Shown: positions 8,900 through 16,692 of the stretch, one piece after another
Numbering within the stretch: the stretch's first letter is position 1
Layout: each line of letters starts with the position of its first letter
Source of the DNA: an uncultured Acidobacteriota bacterium
GTDB taxonomy: Bacteria; Acidobacteriota; Terriglobia; Terriglobales; Acidobacteriaceae
Direction: 5' to 3'
Length of the DNA stretch: 64,000 nucleotides
NCBI GenBank assembly: GCA_963832365.1
Contig: CAWHUL010000030.1
Location: forward strand, 85,222 to 149,221
Position numbers and translations under genes: made by a program
The notes under the pieces: model-generated
Seen by the model: the letters and a program-made list of their open reading frames with translations, nothing else
Databases searched by the model: none
What the model was told of the DNA's origin: nothing

Positions 8900-9855
8900 G
8901 ATGCGCCCTCCCCCGAAGCTACCTTCGATCCTGTTTCAACTTCTCCCACGATGCGCTCCAGGAAAAAATCCTCCAGGGTTGCACGCACGGGCGTCAGCGA
9001 GATGAGCCGGGAGCCTTTGTTGCGAATGATATCGACAGCGCGTTCCATCGCTAGCTCCGGCAGCACCGCCCGGAAGAACGCTCCGCTGCGGTGTACTTCG
9101 GCCCCGAGTTCGACGATCGCGTCCTCGGCCGCAACGCCTTCCCAGACTACCTCCACCCTTCCGCTGACTTCGCGCACCAGGTCAGCCACCACCCCTATGC
9201 CGCGTAATTGACCATGGTTCAAAACAGCCACGCGGTCGCAAAGTGTCTCGGCGTCGGAAAGGATGTGGGTTGAAAAAAAGATTGTCTTGCCTTCGTCCTT
9301 CAGCGACTGGATCAGGTCGCGCACTTCACGCCGTCCAATTGGGTCCAACCCAGACATTGGCTCGTCCAGAAAGATCAATTTCGGGTCATGGACGATGGCC
9401 TGAGCGATTCCGACGCGCTGGAGCATGCCCTTGGAGAATTTACGAAGCTGCAGGTCTGCGTGCTTGTGGATGCCACCCCTGCGCAGTGCCGTCTCGACCC
9501 GCCCCTTCCTGTCTCCGGCGGAAACGCCCGAAAGGCTGGCAAGATAGGTGAGCAACTCGCGTGCGCTCAGATGGTCGTAAAAGTAGGGTTGCTCGGGAAG
9601 GAAACCGATCTGCGCCTTCATCGAAGGATCGTCCAGGGGACGCCCCAGAATGGTCGCCGTTCCTGACGTGGGATAGATAAGACCCATCAGCAGCTTAAGG
9701 GTAGTTGTCTTGCCGGCGCCGTTGGGGCCAAGGTACCCGAAAACCTCGCCTTCCTGCACCGAGAGGGTTAGCGGAGACAGCGCCTGTCGTTCGCGCTGCC
9801 GCCAGAAGCCAACCTTGTAAGACTTCGCCAGTCTGAAGGTTTCAATGGCCGCCAT
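8896..9855 (-). CDS. ABC transporter ATP-binding protein
   Basis: 319 aa. Walker [10 protein letters not shown], signature FSKGMLQRV, Walker [12 protein letters not shown]. Confidence 0.9.
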   Translation of the reverse strand: MAAIETFRLAKSYKVGFWRQRERQALSPLTLSVQEGEVFGYLGPNGAGKTTTLKLLMGLIYPTSGTATILGRPLDDPSMKAQIGFLPEQPYFYDHLSARELLTYLASLSGVSAGDRKGRVETALRRGGIHKHADLQLRKFSKGMLQRVGIAQAIVHDPKLIFLDEPMSGLDPIGRREVRDLIQSLKDEGKTIFFSTHILSDAETLCDRVAVLNHGQLRGIGVVADLVREVSGRVEVVWEGVAAEDAIVELGAEVHRSGAFFRAVLPELAMERAVDIIRNKGSRLISLTPVRATLEDFFLERIVGEVETGSKVASGEGAS

Positions 9856-9979
9856 GAGCGTAAAAAGTCAATCCCAGCCTGATTATACAAGGCAGCCGAG
9901 TTGCCGGATCTTGATCAAAGAGGTACTGGCCCGAAAATATTGGGTTGACGGCGGGTGAAACCTGGCGGACCTGGCCCGA

Positions 9980-10459
9980 CTACTGGATTGCGGGATCGGT
10001 CGCCACTGCGGTTTGGTTCGTCTGATTGAAGTGGATCACGCCAACTCCATTGGTATAGAAGCGCCGGGTGCCGCTGTGATTCCAATAGGAGGGATCGCCA
10101 AGCAAAGTGTATCCAAGATCGGCATCGAGCGCGTACGTGAAATAATAGCCGGTCTTGGAAGCCGAAGCCGACGTGGCATTCGCCAGCAAGTTGTCAATGA
10201 TGCAGGCTGCGGTTGAAGTCGGAGAGGTGCAACTGGTTCCACCGAGCGAAGCCAAGTCGGCGGAGTAGCCGGCCTTGGGATACGTTGTGAGGTACGTAAG
10301 TTCGGCAGTGTTGATGGTTCGCATCGAACCGATTGCCGACGTCTCGTTGGCATTGATCCTGGCACGAAGCATATTGGGAATAGCTATGGCGGCAATAATC
10401 ATGATGATCGCCACCACGATTAACAACTCGACGAGTGAGAAACCACTTTGTTTACGCAT
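9980..10459 (-). CDS. type IV pilin (prepilin-type N-terminal cleavage/methylation domain), paralog 1
   Basis: Start taken at the internal Met: MRKQSGFSLVELLIVVAIIMIIAAIAIPNMLRARINANETSAIGSMRTINTAE. G/FSLxE cleavage motif with Glu+5. Cys-x9-Cys loop CTSPTSTAAC. Confidence 0.85.
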   Translation of the reverse strand: MRKQSGFSLVELLIVVAIIMIIAAIAIPNMLRARINANETSAIGSMRTINTAELTYLTTYPKAGYSADLASLGGTSCTSPTSTAACIIDNLLANATSASASKTGYYFTYALDADLGYTLLGDPSYWNHSGTRRFYTNGVGVIHFNQTNQTAVATDPAIQ

Positions 10460-10509
10460 TCGATATTTCCCGTCGGCTGACCCTCTGCCGAATGTTCCAA
10501 TGGTAATCA

Positions 10510-10525
10510 AGCACGGTAATTACCA
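10510..10525 (-). promoter_or_regulatory. sigma54-type (-24/-12) promoter candidate for pilin 1
   Basis: The minus strand reads TGGTAATTACCGTGCT. GG and GC have the canonical 10-nt spacing. About 50 nt upstream of the start at 10459. Confidence 0.4.
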
Positions 10526-10614
10526 AACAGTGCATTTACCTAATATTTATGTAAGTCATTTATTTTATGTAATTTGCCAACAAGAAAACAAGATGCTGCA
10601 TTGGATGCCGAATT

Positions 10615-10639
10615 GAGAATACCAGAATCTGTCAGTCGG
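10615..10639 (-). promoter_or_regulatory. conserved upstream element (candidate enhancer-binding-protein site) of pilin 1
   Basis: GAGAATACCAGAATCTGTCAGTCGG is near-identical to the block at 11395-11420 upstream of pilin 2. About 100 nt upstream of the sigma54-like promoter. Confidence 0.35.
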
Positions 10640-10654
10640 AAATACAAAATTTTG

Positions 10655-10692
10655 TCAATAGAAATGAAAGGGGCCAGCGCTTGGCTGGCCCC
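10655..10692 (-). terminator. rho-independent terminator after pilin 2
   Basis: The minus strand reads GGGGCCAGC-caagc-GCTGGCCCC followed by TTTCATTTCTATT. About 35 nt after the pilin 2 stop. Confidence 0.6.
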
Positions 10693-10727
10693 CGGCTGTA
10701 CCCTCCCCAGGTACTTTGCCTCAACTG

Positions 10728-11204
10728 TTACTGAATCGGGTCGCTCGTCACAACGGCGGCGGCGTTCGGGTTAAAGCGAATTACGCCAGTGCCGTCAGAG
10801 TAGAAATTCTTAACTCCGTAGGCGGTGCCTCCGGGCGTTCCCTGCAGGGTGTAGCCCACGGAAGCGCTCGTGCCCAGAGCGAAGTAATAGCCGCTCTTGA
10901 GGTGCGTCGCATCGCTCGCTGCGAGCGTGTCGTCGATCAAGCAGGCGGTAGTCGAAGTCGGAGCGGTGCAATCGCCACCATTGGTGCCCAGGTTCTTGAG
11001 CACGGCGGTGAAGCCGACGGACGGATAAGTTGTGTTGTAGCTGGTTTCAGCGGTGTTGATGGTGCGCATTGAGCCCACGGCAGAGGCTTCGTTGGCGGCA
11101 ATGCGCGAGCGGAGCAGGTTAGGAATGGCGATGGCCGCGATGATCAGGATGATCGCGACAACGATCAACAACTCGATAAGTGAAAAACCTTTTTGTTTCC
11201 GCAT
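10728..11204 (-). CDS. type IV pilin, paralog 2
   Basis: Start at the internal Met: MRKQKGFSLIELLIVVAIILIIAAIAIPNLLRSRIAANEASAVGSMRTINTAE. Cys-x9-Cys loop CTAPTSTTAC. Confidence 0.85.
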   Translation of the reverse strand: MRKQKGFSLIELLIVVAIILIIAAIAIPNLLRSRIAANEASAVGSMRTINTAETSYNTTYPSVGFTAVLKNLGTNGGDCTAPTSTTACLIDDTLAASDATHLKSGYYFALGTSASVGYTLQGTPGGTAYGVKNFYSDGTGVIRFNPNAAAVVTSDPIQ

Positions 11205-11277
11205 TTTGTGACCCTCTCTCCTCAAATGATTCAAGTTGTAGTTAAGACCTTATGTTCAGGTCCATGCTCTAGCCTAT

Positions 11278-11293
11278 TGCACGAAGGCTACCA
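11278..11293 (-). promoter_or_regulatory. sigma54-type promoter candidate for pilin 2
   Basis: The minus strand reads TGGTAGCCTTCGTGCA with correct GG/GC spacing. About 75 nt upstream of the start at 11204. Confidence 0.4.
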
Positions 11294-11394
11294 ATCTTAA
11301 AAGTGGGTCTTATAATTTTATAAGTCTTTTAATTTTCTAATCTTGCGAACTACCGTAGAAATTGGTGGTGATTGGAGCGGGGGCCAGAATACCA

Positions 11395-11437
11395 GGAATT
11401 GTCAGTGTCGATTGTCATAAAGTGTCATGACCGTTCG
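11395..11437 (-). promoter_or_regulatory. upstream element with four TGTC repeats (candidate PilR-like enhancer site) of pilin 2
   Basis: The plus strand reads CAGAATACCAGGAATTGTCAGTGTCGATTGTCATAAAGTGTCATG. About 100-145 nt upstream of the sigma54-like promoter. Confidence 0.4.
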
Positions 11438-11530
11438 GTGCGGGACGGCGGAGCACCCGGGGGACTTCTTGCCCGACCCACGATCCCTATTCACCTAAAG
11501 CGGATTCAGCGTAAGTATATCCAGGGCGAA

Positions 11531-11624
11531 GTGTCATCCTGAGCGAAGCGAAGGATCTGCTTTTGCTCCTGTGCGCCAGAAAGCAGATCCTTCGGCTCCG
11601 CTGCGCTCCGCCTCAGGATGACAC
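11531..11624. repeat. palindromic extragenic repeat, GTCATCCTGAGCGAAGCGAAGGATC family (complete unit)
   Basis: GTGTCATCCTGAGCGAAGCGAAGGATCTGC...GCAGATCCTTCGGCTCCGCTGCGCTCCGCCTCAGGATGACAC. Related copies are at 35241, 42121, 48737, 50895, 51439 and 56239. Confidence 0.8.
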
Positions 11625-11679
11625 TTCGAGAGAGCGGATACACCAAACGTGAAAACGCTCCAGCGGGCGCTGCACGCCC

Positions 11680-11713
11680 GCAAAAGGTAAAGGGGCCAGC
11701 ATTGCTGACCCCT
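11680..11713 (-). terminator. rho-independent terminator after pilin 3
   Basis: The minus strand forms hairpin AGGGGTCAGC-aat-GCTGGCCCCT (one mismatch) followed by TTACCTTTTG. Confidence 0.45.
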
Positions 11714-11746
11714 CTTGGTTATACCTCTCAAGCACATTGCCAAATA

Positions 11747-12223
11747 TTACTGAATGGCGGGACTGGCACCAGTGGCGGCGGCCCCAGAGGCGTAGCGAAT
11801 AACCGCCGTGCCGTCTGTGTAGAACTGCTTAATTCCCGTGGAACCAATATGCGCAGGCGTTCCATTCAGGGTGTAGCCCACGTTGGCGTCGGCAGCGTAC
11901 GTGAAATAGTAGCCGCTCTTACTCGCGGTTGCGGTAGTAGCTGCTCCCAGAGTGGCGTCGATCAGGCAGGCGCCGGCCGATGTCGGGCTGGTGCAAGCGG
12001 TACCGGCCAAAGAAGGCAGGTCTGCCGAATAACCGGTTGACGGATAAGTCGATGCGAACGTGATCTCAGCGGTGTTGATCGTGCGCATCGAGCCCACAGC
12101 GGATGCCTCGTTTGCCGCAATACGAGAGCGGAGTAAGTTCGGAATGGCGATGGCGGCGATAATCAGAATGATCGCCACAACAATCAACAACTCGATCAGT
12201 GAGAAACCTTTTTGTTTACGCAT
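11747..12223 (-). CDS. type IV pilin, paralog 3
   Basis: 158 aa. The N-terminal 53 aa are identical to paralog 2 (MRKQKGFSLIELLIVVAIILIIAAIAIPNLLRSRIAANEASAVGSMRTINTAE) and the C-terminus is divergent. Cys-x9-Cys loop CTSPTSAGAC. SD AAGGAGAG upstream. Confidence 0.85.
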   Translation of the reverse strand: MRKQKGFSLIELLIVVAIILIIAAIAIPNLLRSRIAANEASAVGSMRTINTAEITFASTYPSTGYSADLPSLAGTACTSPTSAGACLIDATLGAATTATASKSGYYFTYAADANVGYTLNGTPAHIGSTGIKQFYTDGTAVIRYASGAAATGASPAIQ

Positions 12224-12273
12224 CTAACTCTCCTTGAATCTAATGCACCCTCAAATTCCCTCAACTAATATCG

Positions 12274-12289
12274 TGCAATTATCATGCCG
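12274..12289 (-). promoter_or_regulatory. sigma54-type promoter candidate for pilin 3
   Basis: The minus strand reads CGGCATGATAATTGCA, compared with the consensus TGGCACG-N4-TTGCA. About 50 nt upstream of the start at 12223. Confidence 0.5.
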
Positions 12290-12347
12290 AAAACGGAGGT
12301 ATTGCGAAAAAGATCAGCTTTCGTAAGTTGTTGAAACTGAAAAGATA

Positions 12348-12368
12348 ACAGTTACAGCCAATAACTGT
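12348..12368. promoter_or_regulatory. inverted repeat ACAGTTA-N7-TAACTGT upstream of the pilin 3 promoter
   Basis: Perfect 7-bp arms, about 60-95 nt upstream of the sigma54-like element. A TTGTCAA motif follows at about 12391. Confidence 0.3.
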
Positions 12369-12493
12369 GTTCACCCTGATCATCGGGAAGATGACAAAAG
12401 TTGTCAAGTGCTGAGCACACATTTTGTTACTTTCGTCATCATGGCCGATGTGTTTCTGACACTAGGTTTTGATGCGTGCTTTCGGCATGTCCT

Positions 12494-13822
12494 TTAGCTC
12501 CAGCAACCGAATAGGCAATCCCATGGCGCATCCAAGTAAGCCATCCGGGGATACCAATAGAGAAAAAAGACAATGGCAGCCGAGAGTGTAATGAATGCCA
12601 ACCGGATGCCAAAGATCCGAGGCCTGGGAGTTCCTTTGAGCGCCACGGCAATTGCCACGCCCAGGAACATTGCTGCTGAAAAGTAATAATAATAGTAAGT
12701 CACGGCACGCGGAGTGACCGCCCATTGCGCCAAGTTGGCGGCATAGAGGAGGACCACGAATGTCTCAGCCGAGGCAAAATGCTTCCATGTCCGCCGCACG
12801 CAGATTCCCAGGGCCAGCAATCCTCCCCACATAACGACAAGATTGCCGATTAAGTCGGATAGCAACTTTTGGGACGACACCTGGAACGGCCAGCTATACC
12901 AAGGCGAATAAAGATACCTGTTCCCCGAAACACCCTTGCTAAGATTCCACATCCGCGCGTGCATCCTTGCCAGCTCCGTTAGCGAAAAAGTCAGATGGCT
13001 GGCGCGAAACGCAGGCAGATAAGTCAAGCTATAGGTGACGATTGGCAGCAGAACGAGGCCAAGGAACAACGTTGGGAACCCGATCTCCCGCAGGTTCCGC
13101 GCCTGCATGGCGAGATTGGCATTCAATATCGCGGGACGAAACTTCCAGCAGGCCAGCAGCGTGAAGCTCGCCGCCAGCACGACCGCGAATATGTCTATGG
13201 CAGTCCACTTACAGGCTCCGGCGAGCCCGAACATCAGACCGGAAAACAAAAGAAAAATCCGTCGTGTGCGCACTCCTACATCCAGCTCGACGGCTGCGCT
13301 GAACCCCGCCAGACCCCACACGCTGAACATGAACATGGGCACATCCAGCATCGTGGTCCGCGCCATGACAAACAGGAAGTTGTTAAACAACGTCAGCCCG
13401 GCGGCGGTGAGCGCAAGGGAGTAGTCGCCCAGCAGCACAATCGTCCAAAGGAAGACTCCGACTATGGTCAGTGCGCCGCAAACCGCACTGGCAAGACGCC
13501 AACCAACTGGATTATCTCCGGCGATTGCTGTTCCGGCGGCAAACAGGTACTTGCCTAAAGGCGGATGTTCCGGCAACGCTGCATGGGCGCCGGACAAAAT
13601 CGAGCGGATTGCTTCAATGTACGTGCCTTCATCAAATATCGGTATTGGTGGCCGGTTGAGGAATGCGGTGAAGAGCGCAAGCGCCGAAAGGCCCAGCAAG
13701 ATACAGGTGATGAGGACTTTCCGGGGTGACGTCTTTTGGGGGGGCAAGTCCGGGTGGCCGCCATTCATGCGCGGAGATTGCTCTTCCGTCCGGAAATCCA
13801 AGCTCATGGTCGGGGCATCCAC
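12494..13822 (-). CDS. GT39-family (PMT-like, phospholipid-carrier-dependent) glycosyltransferase
   Basis: 442 aa polytopic membrane protein. First-loop motif FDEGTY...HPPLGKYL is characteristic of dolichyl/polyprenyl-phosphate-mannose protein mannosyltransferase-like enzymes. Confidence 0.7.
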   Translation of the reverse strand: MDAPTMSLDFRTEEQSPRMNGGHPDLPPQKTSPRKVLITCILLGLSALALFTAFLNRPPIPIFDEGTYIEAIRSILSGAHAALPEHPPLGKYLFAAGTAIAGDNPVGWRLASAVCGALTIVGVFLWTIVLLGDYSLALTAAGLTLFNNFLFVMARTTMLDVPMFMFSVWGLAGFSAAVELDVGVRTRRIFLLFSGLMFGLAGACKWTAIDIFAVVLAASFTLLACWKFRPAILNANLAMQARNLREIGFPTLFLGLVLLPIVTYSLTYLPAFRASHLTFSLTELARMHARMWNLSKGVSGNRYLYSPWYSWPFQVSSQKLLSDLIGNLVVMWGGLLALGICVRRTWKHFASAETFVVLLYAANLAQWAVTPRAVTYYYYYFSAAMFLGVAIAVALKGTPRPRIFGIRLAFITLSAAIVFFLYWYPRMAYLDAPWDCLFGCWS

Positions 13823-13927
13823 AAAGCCGAGTCGTATCCAAGCTGTTGGGCTGCTCCGAGGCTACCATCCGCTCTGTCCTGCCGCAACACAACGTTCTGG
13901 CTTGCGTTTTTGGACCCGAGCCGGTTT

Positions 13928-15217
13928 TCAGCAGACGAGTTGATCGCGCGAGATTTTCAGTCCAGTGAGATTGCCCAGGATCGTGACGGCGATCTGTTCG
14001 GAGCGGAAGAATTCGTTCGCGTTTTCCAGGACGTCATCGACGCTGACGGCCTGGACGCGCTCGATAATCTCGTTCATTCCGAAAAAGCGGTTGTAATACA
14101 TTTCCTGGCGCGCCAGGTTTGACATGCGCGCGGTCGAGGACTCCATGCTCAGCATCAGGCTGCCCTTGAGCTGATTCTTGGCGCGCTGGAGTTCGTCCTC
14201 GGAGACCAGGTTCTGCTTCAGGTCGCGAAATTCGTTGACGATGGAGTTGACCACCTTGGAGGCGGAGGCGCGGGAAGTGCCGGCGTAAACGGCCAGGCAT
14301 CCACTGTCGCGATAGGGATTCAATTCGCTGAATATGGAGTACGCCAAGCCCTGACGCTCACGGATATTCTGGAAAAGCCGCGAACTCATTCCACCGCCGA
14401 GGATGGTGTTGAGGACGAACGAGGCATAGCGCTTTTCGTGCGAAATCGAATACGAAGGCACGCCAATGCAGATTTGCACCTGTTCGAGAGACTTTTTATT
14501 GCGAAGCATGATGCGCGCCTGCGGCTGCGGGGGAACCTGGTGTAAAGGGTCCGGCTGCGGCTGAAGATGCTGGAATGTGTTCGTCACCAGTTCCACGAAG
14601 TTATCGTGGTTAATGCTGCCGGCGGCTGAAATCACCATATTTCCAGGAACGAAGCGGGCTCCGTAGTAGTCGAAGAGCATTGCCTGGTGGAATCCGCGCA
14701 CCGTTTCCTTGGTGCCGAGAATCGGCCGGCCCAGAGGGTGGTCTTTCCAGAAGTTCTGGGTGAAGATTTCATGGACGAGCAAATCGGGATTGTCCTCGTC
14801 CATCTTGATTTCTTCGAGAATGACGCCGCGCTCCTTGGTGATGTCGGATTCGTTGAAAAGCGGATTCAGCACCAGGTCGCTGAGCACGTCCATGGCGATT
14901 GGCAGGTGCTCGTCGAGCACCTTCACGTTGAAACAGACGCATTCCTTGGCGGTGAAGGCGTCGAGGTTTCCACCAATGGAATCGACTTGCCGGGCAATGG
15001 CTTCCGCGTTGCGGCTCTTGGTGCCCTTGAAGACCATGTGTTCGACGAAATGGGAGATGCCGTTGAGGTCTTGCGACTCGTGGCGGGAGCCGGTTCGGAT
15101 CCAGATACCGATCGAGACGGAGCGAATATGCTGCATCTCTTCGGAGATAATCGTCAACCCATTCGGCAGTTCCGTGCGCCGCAAGCTGCGAAGATCGTCG
15201 ACGAACTCTTTTTGCAT
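13928..15217 (-). CDS. M16 family (pitrilysin-like) zinc peptidase
   Basis: 429 aa. Inverted zinc motif HFVEH in ISHFVEHMVFKGT. Confidence 0.85.
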   Translation of the reverse strand: MQKEFVDDLRSLRRTELPNGLTIISEEMQHIRSVSIGIWIRTGSRHESQDLNGISHFVEHMVFKGTKSRNAEAIARQVDSIGGNLDAFTAKECVCFNVKVLDEHLPIAMDVLSDLVLNPLFNESDITKERGVILEEIKMDEDNPDLLVHEIFTQNFWKDHPLGRPILGTKETVRGFHQAMLFDYYGARFVPGNMVISAAGSINHDNFVELVTNTFQHLQPQPDPLHQVPPQPQARIMLRNKKSLEQVQICIGVPSYSISHEKRYASFVLNTILGGGMSSRLFQNIRERQGLAYSIFSELNPYRDSGCLAVYAGTSRASASKVVNSIVNEFRDLKQNLVSEDELQRAKNQLKGSLMLSMESSTARMSNLARQEMYYNRFFGMNEIIERVQAVSVDDVLENANEFFRSEQIAVTILGNLTGLKISRDQLVC

Positions 15218-15432
15218 CTTGGCTCCCTCATACCCGAGTCTGGCAAAGCAGGGTTTTGTCGGTTCGTTACCGCGGCCGTTGAGTTTTCCAGATCAAACTG
15301 CGAAATGAATGCCGCTCCCTGTCGCCCCACCATCTAAGATAATAATATCCTGACGGCTGAGAGGTGGAATCCGGGGCTCTGTGTGACCCATCGTGGGCTC
15401 GGGGCTACGGCTACGTACAATTGATTGGATGC

Positions 15433-16539
15433 ATGACCCAGACTTCTCAATCCGAACTATTAGGTCTTAGTTTGCAAGAGCTTACGGCGCTTGCGGAGTC
15501 TCAGGGGCAGCCACTCTACCGAGGTGCTCAGCTCTTTGAGGCAATTTACCGGCAACGGCGGAGAAGCATAGCCGATATCTCGACCTTGCCGGGGCCGTTT
15601 CGCTCGAGCCTGCTGGAGCAGGGGTTTGAGATCGGCACCCCGACAATCGAGCGGCAGTTCGCTTCCGTGGACGGCACTGAGCGCTACCTGATTCGCTTTG
15701 GCGACTGCGTATCGGTGGAAACCGTGTGGATGCCGGAGGGAGATGGCGGCGAGCAAGGCGACGGCAGCGAGGCTGCCGAAGCGCGTACCCGGGCGACGAT
15801 CTGCATTTCAAGCCAGGCCGGATGCGCCGTGAACTGCCGCTTCTGCATGACGGCGCTTTTGGGGCTGCAACGCAACCTCACAGCAGGGGAGATCGTTGGA
15901 CAGGTTTTGCTGGTGCTGGCCGGCCACGGCGTCGAACCGGAGCGCGACCGCATCAACTTGGTGTTCATGGGACAGGGCGAACCCTTTCTTAACTATGACA
16001 ACTTCATGAAGGCTGTGCGCCTGCTGGTGGAGGGCACGGGAATTGCGGAGTCGCGGATGACAGTTTCCACCTCCGGAATTCTGCCGCGCTTCGCCGACTT
16101 TGCCCGCGAGCCGGTGCGTCCCAAGCTGGCGATTTCACTAAACGGCAGCAACGACGAGAGCCGCTCCCGCGTGATGCCGATCAACCGCAAATGGAATATC
16201 GCCAGCCTGATGGAAGCGGCCAGAAGTTTTCCGCTCCGGCCGCGCGAGCGGATCACCTTCGAGTACGTGCTGCTTGGCGGCGAAAACGATTCGGTCGAGA
16301 ATGCACAAGAATTGGTGGGTCTGCTGCGCGGACTGCCGTCCAAGGTCAACCTGATCGCACTCAACGCCGGCCCCGGCATCGGGTTTTCCACGCCCGCCGA
16401 GGAACAGGTACTCGCCTTTCAAAGGGTGCTGGTTGGCGCCGGCATTCCGGCATTTATCCGGCGTCCACGCGGCCGCGACATTTACGCCGCTTGCGGTCAA
16501 TTGAAACGCACGACCGAGCTCACCGACATTCAATCCTGA
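15433..16539 (+). CDS. rlmN: 23S rRNA/tRNA (adenine-C2)-methyltransferase RlmN (radical SAM)
   Basis: Radical-SAM cluster CAVNCRFC and a C-terminal IYAACGQL-type Cys. Start taken at the internal ATG at 15433. Confidence 0.9.
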   Translation: MTQTSQSELLGLSLQELTALAESQGQPLYRGAQLFEAIYRQRRRSIADISTLPGPFRSSLLEQGFEIGTPTIERQFASVDGTERYLIRFGDCVSVETVWMPEGDGGEQGDGSEAAEARTRATICISSQAGCAVNCRFCMTALLGLQRNLTAGEIVGQVLLVLAGHGVEPERDRINLVFMGQGEPFLNYDNFMKAVRLLVEGTGIAESRMTVSTSGILPRFADFAREPVRPKLAISLNGSNDESRSRVMPINRKWNIASLMEAARSFPLRPRERITFEYVLLGGENDSVENAQELVGLLRGLPSKVNLIALNAGPGIGFSTPAEEQVLAFQRVLVGAGIPAFIRRPRGRDIYAACGQLKRTTELTDIQS

Positions 16540-16576
16540 GAGCGGTCACCCCCGAAGTCCCCAAATTCGACTGGCG

Positions 16577-16619
16577 TTACCCACGTCAGCCCAAAAGATG
16601 GGCGGGACGTGGGGCACCC
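16577..16619. repeat. extragenic palindromic repeat, CCCACGT...ACGTGGGGCACCC family
   Basis: GTTACCCACGTCAGCCCAAAAGATGGGCGGGACGTGGGGCACCC. Related copies are at 27721, 31378 (rc), 37206 and 50837 (rc). Confidence 0.75.
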
Positions 16620-16692
16620 GCCGAAACCGATGGTTGCAACTGCTGTCAGTTCCGCCGCATCAGGATGGCTACGTGCGCGGATCATCCGGTGA

